Assembly: GCA_964016885.1 (NCBI GenBank)
Contig: OZ024740.1
Span: 363,196,001 to 363,260,000, forward strand
From: Eledone cirrhosa
Lineage: Eukaryota
Direction of reading: 5' to 3'
Length of the DNA: 64,000 bases
Both the position numbers and the translations under genes were made by a program. Shown here in pieces: positions 15,001 to 30,000 of this stretch (position 1 is its first letter; each line of letters starts with the position of its first letter). The notes under the pieces were generated by a model that was not told the DNA's origin, did no database searches, and saw nothing but the letters and a program-made list of their open reading frames with translations.

Positions 15001-18000
15001 TGATCTTGTGAGGAGTTGGGTGGAATGGTTGGTGAACAGAAGTGATCGAGTGTGGAGTTGGGTGGAATTGTTGGTGAACAGAAGTGATCGAGTGAGGAGT
15101 TGGGTGGAATGGTTGGTGAACAGAAGTGATCGAGTGTGGAGTTGGGTGGAATGGTTGGTGAATAGAAGTGATCGAGTGAGGAGTTGGGTGGAATGGTTGG
15201 TGAACAGAAGTGATCGAGTGAGGAGTTGGGTGGAATGGTTGGTGAATAGAAGTGATCGAGTGAGGAGTTGGGTGGAATGGTTGGTGAACAGAAGTGATCG
15301 AGTGTGGAGTTGGGTGGAATGGTTGGTGAACAGAAGTGATCGAGTGAGGAGTTGGGTGGAATGGTTGGTGAACAGAAGTGATCGAGTGAGGAGTTGGGTG
15401 GAATGGTTGGTGAACAGAAGTGATCGAGTGAGGAGTTGGGTGGAATGGTTGGTGAATAGAAGTGATCGAGTGAGGAGTTGGGTGGAATGGTTGGTGAACA
15501 GAAGTGATCGAGTGTGGAGTTGGGTGGAATGGTTGGTGAACAGAAGTGATCGAGTGAGGAGTTGGGTGGAATGGTTGGTGAACAGAAGTGATCGAGTATG
15601 GAGTTGGGTGGAATGGTTGGTGAACAGAAGTGATCGAGTGAGGAGTTGGGTGGAATGGTTGGTGAATAGAAGTGATCGAGTGAGGAGTTGGGTGGAATGG
15701 TTGGTGAACAGAAGTGATCGAGTGTGGAGTTGGGTGGAATGGTTGGTGAACAGAAGTGATCGAGTGAGGAGTTGGGTGGAATGGTTGGTGAACAGAAGTG
15801 ATCGAGTGAGGAGTTGGGTGGAATGGTTGATGAACAGAAGTGATCGAGTGTGGAGTTGGGTGGAATGGTTGGTGAATAGAAGTGATCGAGTGAGGAGTTG
15901 GGTGGAATGGTTGGTGAACAGAAGTGATCGAGTGTGGAGTTGGGTGGAATGGTTGGTGAACAGAAGTGATCGAGTGAGGAGTTGGGTGGAATGGTTGGTG
16001 AACAGAAGTGATCGAGTGTGGAGTTGGGTGGAATGGTTGGTGAACAGAAGTGATCGAGTGAGGAGTTGGGTGGAATGGTTGGTGAACAGAAGTGATCGAG
16101 TGTGGAGTTGGGTGGAATGGTTGGTGAACAGAAGTGATCGAGTGAGGAGTTGGGTGGAATGGTTGGTGAACAGAAGTGATCGAGTGAGGAGTTGGGTGGA
16201 ATGGTTGGTGAACAGAAGTGATCGAGTGAGGAGTTGGGTGGAATGGTTGGTGAACAGAAGTGATCGAGTGTGGAGTTGGGTGGAATGGTTGGTGAACAGA
16301 AGTGATCGAGTGAGGAGTTGGGTGGAATGGTTGGTGAACAGAAGTGATCGAGTGAGGAGTTGGGTGGAATGGTTGGTGAACAGAAGTGATCGAGTGAGGA
16401 GTTAGGTGGAATGGTTGGTGAACAGAAGTGATCGAGTGTGGAGTTGGGTGGAATGGTTGGTGAAGAGAAGTGATCGAGTGAGGAGTTGGGTGGAATGGTT
16501 GGTGAACAGAAGTGATCGAGTGAGGAGTTGGGTGGAATGGTTGGTGAACAGAAGTGATCGAGTGAGGAGTTGGGTGGAATGGTTGGTGAACAGAAGTGAT
16601 CGAGTGTGGAGTTGGGTGGAATGGTTGGTGAACAGAAGTGATCGAGTGAGGAGTTGGGTGGAATGGTTGGTGAACAGAAGTGATCGAGTGTGGAGTTGGG
16701 TGGAATGGTTGGTGAACAGAAGTGATCGAGTGAGGAGTTGGGTGGAATGGTTGGTGAACAGAAGTGATCGAGTGTGGAGTTGGGTGGAATGGTTGGTGAA
16801 CAGAAGTGATCGAGTGAGGAGTTGGGTAGAATGGTTGGTGAACAGAAGTGATCGAGTGTGGAGTTGGGTGGAATGGTTGGTGAACAGAAGTGATCGAGTG
16901 AGGAGTTGGGTGGAATGGTTGGTGAATAGAAGTGATCTTGTGAGGAGTTGGGTGGAATGGTTGGTGAACAAAGTGATCGATTATGGAGTTGGGTGGAATG
17001 GTTGGTGAATAGAAGTGATCGAGTGAGGAGTTGGGTGGAATGGTTGGTGAACAGAAGTGATCGAGTGAGGAGTTGGGTGGAATGGTTGGTGAACAGGAGT
17101 GATCGAGTATGGAGTTGGGTGGAATGGTTGGTGAACAGAAGTGATCGAGTGTGGAGTTGGGTGGAATGGTTGGTGAACAGAAGTGATCGAGTGAGGAGTT
17201 GGGTGGAATGGTTGGTGAACAGAAGTGATCGAGTATGGAGTTGGGTGGAATGGTTGGTGAACTGAAGGTATCTTGTGAGGAGTTGGGTGGAATGGTTGGT
17301 GAACAGAAGTGATCTTGTGAGGAGTTGGGTGGAATGGTTGGTGAACAGAAGTGATCGAGTATGGAGTTGGGTGGAATGGTTGGTGAACTGAAGTGATCTT
17401 GTGAGGAGTTGGGTGGAATGGTTGGTGAACAGAAGTGATCTTGTGAGGAGTTGGGTGGAATGGTTGGTGAACAGAAGTGATCTTGTGAAGAGTTGGGTGG
17501 AATGGTTGGTGAACAGAAGTGATCGAGTATGGAGATGGGTGGAATGGTTGGTGAACTGAAGTGATCTTCTGAGGAGTTGGGTGGAATGGTTGGTGAACAG
17601 AAGTGATCTTGTGAGGAGTTGGGTGGAATGGTTGGTGAACAAAGTGATCGATTATGGAGTTGGGTGGAATGGTTGGTGAATAGAAGTGATCGAGTGAGGA
17701 GTTGGGTGGAATGGTTGGTGAACAGAAGTGATCGAGTGAGGAGTTGGGTGGAATGGTTGGTGAACAGGAGTGATCGAGTATGGAGTTGGGTGGAATGGTT
17801 GGTGAACAGAAGTGATCGAGTGTGGAGTTGGGTGGAATGGTTGGTGAACAGAAGTGATCGAGTGAGGAGTTGGGTGGAATGGTTGGTGAACAGAAGTGAT
17901 CGAGTATGGAGTTGGGTGGAATGGTTGGTGAACTGAAGGTATCTTGTGAGGAGTTGGGTGGAATGGTTGGTGAACAGAAGTGATCTTGTGAGGAGTTGGG

Positions 18001-21000
18001 TGGAATAGTTGGTGAACAGAAGTGATCGAGTATGGAGTTGGGTGGAATGGTTGGTGAACTGAAGTGATCTTGTGAGGAGTTGGGTGGAATGGTTGGTGAA
18101 CAGAAGTGATCTTGTGAGGAGTTGGGTGGAATGGTTGGTGAACAGAAGTGATCTTGTGAAGAGTTGGGTGGAATGGTTGGTGAACAGAAGTGATCGAGTA
18201 TGGAGATGGGTGGAATGGTTGGTGAACTGAAGTGATCTTCTGAGGAGTTGGGTGGAATGGTTGGTGAACAGAAGTGATCTTGTGAGGAGTTGGGTAGAAT
18301 GGTTGGTGAACAGAAGTGATCTTGTGAGGAGTTGGGTGGAATGGTTGGTGAACAGAAGTGATCGAGTGTGGAGATGGGTGGAATGGTTGGTGAATAGAAG
18401 TGATCGAGTGAGGAGTTGGGTGGAATGGTTGGTGAACAGAAGTGATCGAGTGTGGAGTTGGGTGGAATGGTTGGTGATCGAGTGAGGAGTTGGGTGGAAT
18501 GGTTGGTGAACAGAAGTGATCGAGTGAGGAGTTGGGTGGAATGGTTGGTGAACAGAAGTGATCGAGTGAGGAGTTGGGTGGAATGGTTGGTGAACAGAAG
18601 TGATCGAGTGAGGAGTTGGGTGGAATGGTTGGTGAACAGAAGTGATCTTGTGAGGAGTTGGGTGGAATGGTTGGTGAACAGAAGTGATCGAGTGAGGAGT
18701 TGGGTGGAATGGTTGGTGAACAGAAGTGATCGAGTGAGGAGTTGGGTGGAATGGTTGGTGAACAGAAGTGATCTAGTGAGGAGTTGGGTGGAATGGTTGG
18801 TGATCAGAAGTGATCTTGTGAGGATTCGGGTGGAATGGTTGGTGAACAGAAGTGATCGAGTGAGGAGTTGGGTGGAATGGTTGGTGAACAGAAGTGATCT
18901 TGTGTGGAGTTGGGTGGAATGGTTGGTGATCGAGTGAGGAGTTGGGTGGAATGGTTGGTGAACAGAAGTGATCGAGTGAGGAGTTGGGTGGAATGGTTGG
19001 TGAACAGAAGTGATCGAGTGAGGAGTTGGGTGGAATGGTTGGTGAACAGAAGTGATCGAGTGTGGAGTTGGGTGGAATGGTTGGTGAACAGAAGTGATCT
19101 TGTGAGAAGTTGGGTGGAATGGTTGGTGAACAGAAGTGATCTTGTGAGGAGTTGGGTGGAATGGTTGGTGAACAGAAGTGATCTTGTGAGGAGTTGGGTG
19201 GAATGTTTGGTGAACAGAAGTGATCTTGTGAGGAGTTGGGTGGAATGGTTGGTGAACAGAAGTGATCTTGCGAGGAGTTGGGTGGAATGGTTGGTGAACA
19301 GAAGTGATCTTGTGAGGAGTTGGGTGGAATGGTTGGTGAACAGAAGTGATCGAGTGTGGAGTTGGGTGGAATTGTTGGTGAACAGAAGTGATCGAGTGAG
19401 GAGTTGGGTGGAATGGTTGGTGAACAGAAGTGATCGAGTGTGGAGTTGGGTGGAATGGTTGGTGAATAGAAGTGATCGAGTGAGGAGTTGGGTGGAATGG
19501 TTGGTGAACAGAAGTGATCGAGTGAGGAGTTGGGTGGAATGGTTGGTGAATAGAAGTGATCGAGTGAGGAGTTGGGTGGAATGGTTGGTGAACAGAAGTG
19601 ATCGAGTGTGGAGTTGGGTGGAATGGTTGGTGAACAGAAGTGATCAAGTGAGGAGTTGGGTGGAATGGTTGGTGAACAGAAGTGATCGAGTGAGGAGTTG
19701 GGTGGAATGGTTGGTGAACAGAAGTGATCGAGTGAGGAGTTGGGTGGAATGGTTGGTGAATAGAAGTGATCGAGTGAGGAGTTGGGTGGAATGGTTGGTG
19801 AACAGAAGTGATCGAGTGTGGAGTTGGGTGGAATGGTTGGTGAACAGAAGTGATCGAGTGAGGAGTTGGGTGGAATGGTTGGTGAACAGAAGTGATCGAG
19901 TATGGAGTTGGGTGGAATGGTTGGTGAACAGAAGTGATCGAGGGAGGAGTTGGGTGGAATGGTTGGTGAATAGAAGTGATCGAGTGAGGAGTTGGGTGGA
20001 ATGGTTGGTGAACAGAAGTGATCGAGTGTGGAGTTGGGTGGAATGGTTGGTGAACTGAAGTGATCGAGTGAGGAGTTGGGTGGAATGGTTGGTGAACAGA
20101 AGTGATCGAGTGAGGAGTTGGGTGGAATGGTTGGTGAACAGAAGTGATCGAGTGTGGAGTTGGGTGGAATGGTCGGTGAATAGAAGTGATCGAGTGAGGA
20201 GTTGGGTGGAATGGTTGGTGAACAGAAGTGATCGAGTGTGGAGTTGGGTGGAATGGTTGGTGAACAGAAGTGATCGAGTGAGGAGTTGGGTGGAATTGTT
20301 GGTGAACAGAAGTGATCGAGTGTGGAGTTGGGAGGAATGGTTGGTGAACAGAAGTGATCGAGTGAGGAGTTGGGTGGAATGGTTGGTGAACAGAAGTGAT
20401 CGAGTGTGGAGTTGGGTGGAATGGTTGGTGAACAGAAGTGATCGAGTGAGGAGTTGGGTGGAATGGTTGGTGAACAGAAGTGATCGAGTGAGGAGTTGGG
20501 TGGAATGGTTGGTGAACAGAAGTGATCGAGTGAGGAGTTGGGTGGAATGGTTGGTGAACAGAAGTGATCGAGTGTGGAGTTGGGTGGAATGGTTGGTGAA
20601 CAGAAGTGATCGAGTGAGGAGTTGGGTGGAATGGTTGGTGAACAGAAGTGATCGAGTGAGGAGTTGGGTGGAATGGTTGGTGAACAGAAGTGATCGAGTG
20701 AGGAGTTGGGTGGAATGGTTGGTGAACAGAAGTGATCGAGTGTGGAGTTGGGTGGAATGGTTGGTGAAGAGAAGTGATCGAGTGAGGAGTTGGGTGGAAT
20801 GGTTGGTGAACAGAAGTGATCGAGTGAGGAGTTGGGTGGAATGGTTGGTGAACAGAAGTGATCGAGTGAGGAGTTGGGTGGAATGGTTGGTGAACAGAAG
20901 TGATCGAGTGTGGAGTTGGGTGGAATGGTTGGTGAATAGAAGTGATCGAGTGAGGAGTTGGGTGGAATGGTTGGTGAACAGAAGTGATCGAGTGTGGAGT

Positions 21001-24000
21001 TGGGTGGAATGGTTGGTGAACAGAAGTGATCGAGTGAGGAGTTGGGTGGAATGGTTGGTGAACAGAAGTGATCGAGTGTGGAGTTGGGTGGAATGGTTGG
21101 TGAACAGAAGTGATCGAGTGAGGAGTTGGGTAGAATGGTTGGTGAACAGAAGTGATCGAGTGTGGAGTTGGGTGGAATGGTTGGTGAACATAAGTGATCG
21201 AGTGAGGAGTTGGGTGGAATGGTTGGTGAATAGAAGTGATCTTGTGAGGAGTTGGGTGGAATGGTTGGTGAACAAAGTGATCGATTATGGAGTTGGGTGG
21301 AATGGTTGGTGAACAGGAGTGATCGAGTATGGAGTTGGGTGGAATGGTTGGTGAACAGAAGTGATCGAGTGTGGAGTTGGGTGGAATGGTTGGTGAACAG
21401 AAGTGATCGAGTGAGGAGTTGGGTGGAATGGTTGGTGAACAGAAGTGATCGAGTATGGAGTTGGGTGGAATTGTTGGTGAACTGAAGTGATCTTGTGAGG
21501 AGTTGGGTGGAATGGTTGGTGAACAGAAGTGATCTTGTGAGGAGTTGGGTGGAATGGTTGGTGAACAGAAGTGATCGAGTATGGAGTTGGGTGGAATGGT
21601 TGGTGAACTGAAGTGATCTTGTGAGGAGTTGGGTGGAATGGTTGGTGAACAGAAGTGATCTTGTGAGGAGTTGGGTGGAATGGTTGGTGAACAGAAGTGA
21701 TCTTGTGAGGAGTTGGGTGGAATGGTTGGTGAACAGAAGTGATCGAGTATGGAGATGGGTGGAATGGTTGGTGAACTGAAGTGATCTTGTGAGGAGTTGG
21801 GTGGAATGGTTGGTGAACAGAAGTGATCTTGTGAGGAGTTGGGTGGAATGGTTGGTGAACAGAAGTGATCTTGTGAGGAGTTGGGTGGAATGGTTGGTGA
21901 ACAGAAGTGATCGAGTGTGGAGATGGGTGGAATGGTTGGTGAATAGAAGTGATCGAGTGAGGAGTTGGGTGGAATGGTTGGTGACCAGAAGTGATCGAGT
22001 GTGGAGTTGGGTGGAATGGTTGGTGAACAGAAGTGATCGAGTGTGGAGTTCGGTGGAATGGTTGGTGAACAGAAGTGATCGAGTGAGGAGTTGGGTGGAA
22101 TGGTTGGTGAACAGAAGTGATCGAGTGTGGAGTTGGGTGGAATGGTTGGTGATCGAGTGAGGAGTTGGGTGGAATGGTTGGTGAACAGAAGTGATCGAGT
22201 GAGGAGTTGGGTGGAATGGTTGGTGAACAGAAGTGATCGAGTGAGGAGTTGGGTGGAATGGTTGGTGAACAGAAGTGATCGAGTGAGGAGTTGGGTGGAA
22301 TGGTTGGTGAACAGAAGTGATCTTGTGAGGAGTTGGGTGGAATGGTTGGTGAACAGAAGTGATCGAGTGAGGAGTTGGGTGGAATGGTTGGTGAACAGAA
22401 GTGATCGAGTGAGGAGTTGGGTGGAATGGTTGGTGAACAGAAGTGATCGAGTGAGGAGTTGGGTGGAATGGTTGGTGAACAGAAGTGATCTTGTGAGGAT
22501 TCGGGTGGAATGGTTGGTGAACAGAAGTGATCTTGCGAGGAGTTGGGTGGAATGGTTGGTGAAGAGAAGTGATCGAGTGAGGAGTTGCGTGGAATGGTTG
22601 GTGAACAGAAGTGATCTTGTGAGGAGTTGGGTGGAATGGTTGGTGAACAGAAGTGATCTTGTGAGGAGTTGGGTGGAATGTTTGGTGAACAGAAGTGATC
22701 TTGTGAGGAGTTGGGTGGAATGGTTGGTGAACAGAAGTGATCTTGCGAGGAGTTGGGTGGAATGGTTGGTGAACAGAAGTGATCTTGTGAGGAGTTGGGT
22801 GGAATGGTTGGTGAACAGAAGTGATCGAGTGTGGAGTTGGGTGGAATTGTTGGTGAACAGAAGTGATCGAGTGAGGAGTTGGGTGGAATGGTTGGTGAAC
22901 AGAAGTGATCGAGTGTGGAGTTGGGTGGAATGGTTGGTGAATAGAAGTGATCGAGTGAGGAGTTGGGTGGAATGGTTGGTGAACAGAAGTGATCGAGTGA
23001 GGAGTTGGGTGGAATGGTTGGTGAATAGAAGTGATCGAGTGAGGAGTTGGGTGGAATGGTTGGTGAACAGAAGTGATCGAGTGTGGAGTTGGGTGGAATG
23101 GTTGGTGAACAGAAGTGATCAAGTGAGGAGTTGGGTGGAATGGTTGGTGAACAGAAGTGATCGAGTGAGGAGTTGGGTGGAATGGTTGGTGAACAGAAGT
23201 GATCGAGTGAGGAGTTGGGTGGAATGGTTGGTGAATAGAAGTGATCGAGTGAGGAGTTGGGTGGAATGGTTGGTGAACAGAAGTGATCGAGTGTGGAGTT
23301 GGGTGGAATGGTTGGTGAACAGAAGTGATCGAGTGAGGAGTTGGGTGGAATGGTTGGTGAACAGAAGTGATCGAGTATGGAGTTGGGTGGAATGGTTGGT
23401 GAACAGAAGTGATCGAGGGAGGAGTTGGGTGGAATGGTTGGTGAATAGAAGTGATCGAGTGAGGAGTTGGGTGGAATGGTTGGTGAACAGAAGTGATCGA
23501 GTGTGGAGTTGGGTGGAATGGTTGGTGAACTGAAGTGATCGAGTGAGGAGTTGGGTGGAATGGTTGGTGAACAGAAGTGATCGAGTGAGGAGTTGGGTGG
23601 AATGGTTGGTGAACAGAAGTGATCGAGTGTGGAGTTGGGTGGAATGGTCGGTGAATAGAAGTGATCGAGTGAGGAGTTGGGTGGAATGGTTGGTGAACAG
23701 AAGTGATCGAGTGTGGAGTTGGGTGGAATGGTTGGTGAACAGAAGTGATCGAGTGAGGAGTTGGGTGGAATTGTTGGTGAACAGAAGTGATCGAGTGTGG
23801 AGTTGGGAGGAATGGTTGGTGAACAGAAGTGATCGAGTGAGGAGTTGGGTGGAATGGTTGGTGAACAGAAGTGATCGAGTGTGGAGTTGGGTGGAATGGT
23901 TGGTGAACAGAAGTGATCGAGTGAGGAGTTGGGTGGAATGGTTGGTGAACAGAAGTGATCGAGTGAGGAGTTGGGTGGAATGGTTGGTGAACAGAAGTGA

Positions 24001-27000
24001 TCGAGTGAGGAGTTGGGTGGAATGGTTGGTGAACAGAAGTGATCGAGTGTGGAGTTGGGTGGAATGGTTGGTGAACAGAAGTGATCGAGTGAGGAGTTGG
24101 GTGGAATGGTTGGTGAACAGAAGTGATCGAGTGAGGAGTTGGGTGGAATGGTTGGTGAACAGAAGTGATCGAGTGAGGAGTTGGGTGGAATGGTTGGTGA
24201 ACAGAAGTGATCGAGTGTGGAGTTGGGTGGAATGGTTGGTGAAGAGAAGTGATCGAGTGAGGAGTTGGGTGGAATGGTTGGTGAACAGAAGTGATCGAGT
24301 CAGGAGTTGGGTGGAATGGTTGGTGAACAGAAGTGATCGAGTGAGGAGTTGGGTGGAATGGTTGGTGAACAGAAGTGATCGAGTGTGGAGTTGGGTGGAA
24401 TGGTTGGTGAATAGAAGTGATCGAGTGAGGAGTTGGGTGGAATGGTTGGTGAACAGAAGTGATCGAGTGTGGAGTTGGGTGGAATGGTTGGTGAACAGAA
24501 GTGATCGAGTGAGGAGTTGGGTGGAATGGTTGGTGAACAGAAGTGATCGAGTGTGGAGTTGGGTGGAATGGTTGGTGAACAGAAGTGATCGAGTGAGGAG
24601 TTGGGTAGAATGGTTGGTGAACAGAAGTGATCGAGTGTGGAGTTGGGTGGAATGGTTGGTGAACATAAGTGATCGAGTGAGGAGTTGGGTGGAATGGTTG
24701 GTGAATAGAAGTGATCTTGTGAGGAGTTGGGTGGAATGGTTGGTGAACAAAGTGATCGATTATGGAGTTGGGTGGAATGGTTGGTGAACAGGAGTGATCG
24801 AGTATGGAGTTGGGTGGAATGGTTGGTGAACAGAAGTGATCGAGTGTGGAGTTGGGTGGAATGGTTGGTGAACAGAAGTGATCGAGTGAGGAGTTGGGTG
24901 GAATGGTTGGTGAACAGAAGTGATCGAGTATGGAGTTGGGTGGAATTGTTGGTGAACTGAAGTGATCTTGTGAGGAGTTGGGTGGAATGGTTGGTGAACA
25001 GAAGTGATCTTGTGAGGAGTTGGGTGGAATGGTTGGTGAACAGAAGTGATCGAGTATGGAGTTGGGTGGAATGGTTGGTGAACTGAAGTGATCTTGTGAG
25101 GAGTTGGGTGGAATGGTTGGTGAACAGAAGTGATCTTGTGAGGAGTTGGGTGGAATGGTTGGTGAACAGAAGTGATCTTGTGAGGAGTTGGGTGGAATGG
25201 TTGGTGAACAGAAGTGATCGAGTATGGAGATGGGTGGAATGGTTGGTGAACTGAAGTGATCTTGTGAGGAGTTGGGTGGAATGGTTGGTGAACAGAAGTG
25301 ATCTTGTGAGGAGTTGGGTGGAATGGTTGGTGAACAGAAGTGATCTTGTGAGGAGTTGGGTGGAATGGTTGGTGAACAGAAGTGATCGAGTGTGGAGATG
25401 GGTGGAATGGTTGGTGAATAGAAGTGATCGAGTGAGGAGTTGGGTGGAATGGTTGGTGACCAGAAGTGATCGAGTGTGGAGTTGGGTGGAATGGTTGGTG
25501 AACAGAAGTGATCGAGTGTGGAGTTCGGTGGAATGGTTGGTGAACAGAAGTGATCGAGTGAGGAGTTGGGTGGAATGGTTGGTGAACAGAAGTGATCGAG
25601 TGTGGAGTTGGGTGGAATGGTTGGTGATCGAGTGAGGAGTTGGGTGGAATGGTTGGTGAACAGAAGTGATCGAGTGAGGAGTTGGGTGGAATGGTTGGTG
25701 AACAGAAGTGATCGAGTGAGGAGTTGGGTGGAATGGTTGGTGAACAGAAGTGATCGAGTGAGGAGTTGGGTGGAATGGTTGGTGAACAGAAGTGATCTTG
25801 TGAGGAGTTGGGTGGAATGGTTGGTGAACAGAAGTGATCGAGTGAGGAGTTGGGTGGAATGGTTGGTGAACAGAAGTGATCGAGTGAGGAGTTGGGTGGA
25901 ATGGTTGGTGAACAGAAGTGATCGAGTGAGGAGTTGGGTGGAATGGTTGGTGAACAGAAGTGATCTTGTGAGGATTCGGGTGGAATGGTTGGTGAACAGA
26001 AGTGATCGAGTGAGGAGTTGGGTGGAATGGTTGGTGAACAGAAGTGATCTTGTGTGGAGTTGGGTGGAATGGTTGGTGATCGAGTGAGGAGTTGGGTGGA
26101 ATGGTTGGTGAACAGAAGTGATCGAGTGAGGAGTTGGGTGGAATGGTTGGTGAACAGAAGTGATCGAGTGAGGAGTTGGGTGGAATGGTTGGTGAACAGA
26201 AGTGATCGAGTGTGGAGTTGGGTGGAATGGTTGGTGAACAGAAGTGATCTTGTGAGGAGTTGGGTGGAATGGTTGGTGAACAGAAGTGATCTTGTGAGGA
26301 GTTGGGTGGAATGGTTGGTGAACAGAAGTGATCTTGCGAGGAGTTGGGTGGAATGGTTGGTGAAGAGAAGTGATCGAGTGAGGAGTTGCGTGGAATGGTT
26401 GGTGAACAGAAGTGATCTTGTGAGGAGTTGGGTGGAATGGTTGGTGAACAGAAGTGATCTTGTGAGGAGTTGGGTGGAATGGTTGGTGAACAGAAGTGAT
26501 CTTGTGAGGAGTTGGGTGGAATGGTTGGTGAACAGAAGTGATCGAGTGAGGAGTTGGGTGGAATGGTTGGTGAACAGAAGTGATCTTGTGAGGAGTTGGG
26601 TGGAATGGTTGGTGAACAAAAGTGATCTTGTGAGGAGTTGGGTGGAATGGTTGGTGAACAGAAGTGATCTTGTGAGGAGTTGGGTGGAATGGTTGGTGAA
26701 CAGAAGTGATCTTGTGAGGAGTTGGGTGGAATGGTTGGTGAACAGAAGTGATCTTGTGAGGAGTTGGGTGGAATGGTTGGTGAACAGAAGTGATCTTGTG
26801 AGGAGTTGGGTGGAATGGTTGGTGAACAGAAGTGATCTTGTGAGGAGTTGGGTGGAATGGTTGGTGAACAGAAGTGATCTTGTGAGGAGTTCGGTGGAAT
26901 GGTTGGTGAACAGAAGTGATCGAGTATGGAGTTGGGTGGAATGGTTGGTGAACTGAAGTGATCTTGTGAGGAGTTGGGTGGAATGGTTGGTGAACAGAAG

Positions 27001-30000
27001 TGATCTTGTGAGGAGTTGGGTGGAATGGTTGGTGAACAGAAGTGATCGAGTATGGAGTTGGGTGGAATGGTTGGTGAACTGAAGTGATCTTGTGAGGAGT
27101 TGGGTGGAATGGTTGGTGAACAGAAGTGATCTTGTGAGGAGTTGGGTGGAATGGTTGGTGAACAGAAGTGATCTTGTGAGGAGTTGGGTGGAATGGTTGG
27201 TGAACAGAAGTGATCGAGTGTGGAGATGGGTGGAATGGTTGGTGAATAGAAGTGATCGAGTGAGGAGTTGGGTGGAATGGTTGGTGAACAGAAGTGATCG
27301 AGTGTGGAGTTGGGTGGAATGGTTGGTGAACAGAAGTGATCTTGTGAGGAGTTGGGTGGAATGGTTGGTGAACAGAAGTGATCGATTGAGGAGTTGGGTG
27401 GAATGGTTGGTGAACAGAAGTGATCGAGTGAGGAGTTGGGTGGAATGGTTGGTGAACAGAAGTGATCGAGTGAGGAGTTGGGTGGAATGGTTGGTGAACA
27501 GAAGTGATCGAGTGTGGAGTTGGGTGGAATGGTTGGTGAACAGAAGTGATCTTGTGAGGAGTTGGGTGGAATGGTTGGTGAACAGAAGTGATCGAGTGAG
27601 GAGTTGGGTGGAATGGTTGGTGAACAGAAGTGATCGAGTGAGGAGTTGGGTGGAATGGTTGGTGAACAGAAGTGATCTTGTGAGGAGTTGGGTGGAATGG
27701 TTGGTGAACAGAAGTGATCGAGTGAGGAGTTGGGTGGAATGGTTGGTGAACAGAAGTGATCGAGTGAGGAGTTGGGTGGAATGGTTTGTGAACAGAAGTG
27801 ATCGAGTGAGGAGTTGGGTGGAATGGTTGGTGAACAGAAGTGATCTTGTGAGGAGTTGGGTGGAATGGTTGGTGAACAGAAGTGATCGAGTGAGGAGTTG
27901 GGTGGAATGGTTGGTGAACAGAAGTGATCGAGTGAGGAATTGGGTGGAATGGTTGGTGAACAGAAGTGATCGAGTGAGGAGTTGGGTGGAATGGTTGGTG
28001 AACAGAAGTGATCGAGTGAGGAGTTGGGTGGAATGGTTGGTGAACAGAAGTGATCTTGTGAGGAGTTGGGTGGAATGGTTGGTGAACAGAAGTGATCGAG
28101 TGAGGAGTTGGGTGGAATGGTTGGTGAACAGAAGTGATCGAGTGTGGAGTTGGGTGGAATGGTTGGTGATCGAGTGAGGAGTTGGGTGGAATGGTTGGTG
28201 AACAGAAGTGATCGAGTGAGGAGTTGGGTGGAATGGTTGGTGAACAGAAGTGATCGAGTGTGGAGTTGGGTGGAATGGTTGGTGAACAGTAGTGATCTTG
28301 TGAGGAGTTGGTGGAATGGTTGGTGAACAGAAGTGATCTTGTGAGGAGTTGGGTGGAATGGTTGGTGAACAGAAGTGATCTTGTGAGGAGTTGGGTGGAA
28401 TGGTTGGTGAACAGAAGTGATCTTGTGAGGAGTTGGGTGGAATGGTTGGTGAACAGAAGTGATCGAGTGTGGAGTTGGGTGGAATGGTTGGTGAACAGAA
28501 GTGATCGAGTGAGGAGTTGGGTGGAATGGTTGGTGAACAGAAGTGATCTTGTGAGGAGTTGGGTGGAATGGTTGGTGAACAGAAGTGATCTTGTGAGGAG
28601 TTGGGTGGAATGGTTGGTGAACAGAAGTGATCTTGTGAGGAGTTGGGTGGAATGGTTGGTGAACAGAAGTGATCGAGTGAGGAGTTGGGTGGAATAGTTG
28701 GTGAACAGAAGTGATCTTGTGAGGAGTTGGGTGGAATGGTTGGTGAACAGAAGTGATCGAGTGAGGAGTTGGGTGGAATGGTTGGTGAACAGAAGTGATC
28801 GAGTGAGGAGTTGGGTGGAATGGTTGGTGAACAGAAGTGATCGAGTGAGGAGTTGGGTGGAATGGTTGGTGAACAGAAGTGATCGAGTGTGGAGTTGGGT
28901 GGAATGGTTGGTGATCGAGTGAGGAGTTGGGTGGAATGGCTGGTGAACAGAAGTGATCGAGTGAGGAGTTGGGTGGAATGGTTGGTGAACAGAAGTGATC
29001 GAGTGAGGAGTTGGGTGGAATGGTTGGTGAACAGAAGTGATCGAGTGTGGAGTTGGGTGGAATGGTTGGTGAACAGAAGTGATCTTGTGAGGAGTTGGGT
29101 GGAATGGTTGGTGAACAGAAGTGATCGAGTGAGGAGTTGGGTGGAATGGTTGGTGAATAGAAGTGATCGAGTGTGGAGTTGGGTGGAATGGTTGGTGAAC
29201 AGAAGTGATCGAGTGAGGAGTTGGGTGGAATGGTTGGTGAACAGAAGTGATCGAGTGAGGAGTTGGGTGGAATGGTTGGTGAACAGAAGTGATCGAGTGA
29301 GGAGTTGGGTGGAATGGTTGGTGAACAGAAGTGATCTTGTGAGGAGTTGGGTGGAATGGTTGGTGAACAGAAGTGATCGAGTGTGGAGTTGGGTGGAATG
29401 GTTGGTGAACAGAAGTGATCTTGTGAGGAGTTGGGTGGAATGGTTGGTGAACAGAAGTGATCTTGTGAGGAGTTGGGTAGAATGGTTGGTGAACAGAAGT
29501 GATCTTATGAGGAGTTGGGTGGAATGGTTGGTGAACAGAAGTGATCTTGTGAGGAGTTGGGTGGAATGGTTGGTGAACAGAAGTGATCGAGTGTGGAGTT
29601 GGGTGGAATGGTTGGTGAACAGAAGTGATCTTGTGAGGAGTTGGGTGGAATGGTTGGTGAACAGAAGTGATCTTGTGAGGAGTTGGGTGGAATGGTGGTG
29701 AACAGAAGTGATCATGTGAGGAGTTGGGTGGAATGGTTGGTGAACAGAAGTGATCGAGTGAGGAGTTGGGTGGAATGGTTGGTGAACAGAAGTGATCGAG
29801 TGTGGAGTTGGGTGGAATGGTTGGTGAATAGAAGTGATCGAGTGTGGAGTTGGGTGGAATGGTTGGTGAATAGAAGTGATCTTGTGAGGAGTTGGGTGGA
29901 ATGGTTGGTGAACAGAAGTGATCGAGTGAGGAGTTGGGTGGAATGGTTGGTGAACAGAAGTGATCGAGTGAGGAGTTGGGTGGAATGGTTGGTGAACAGA

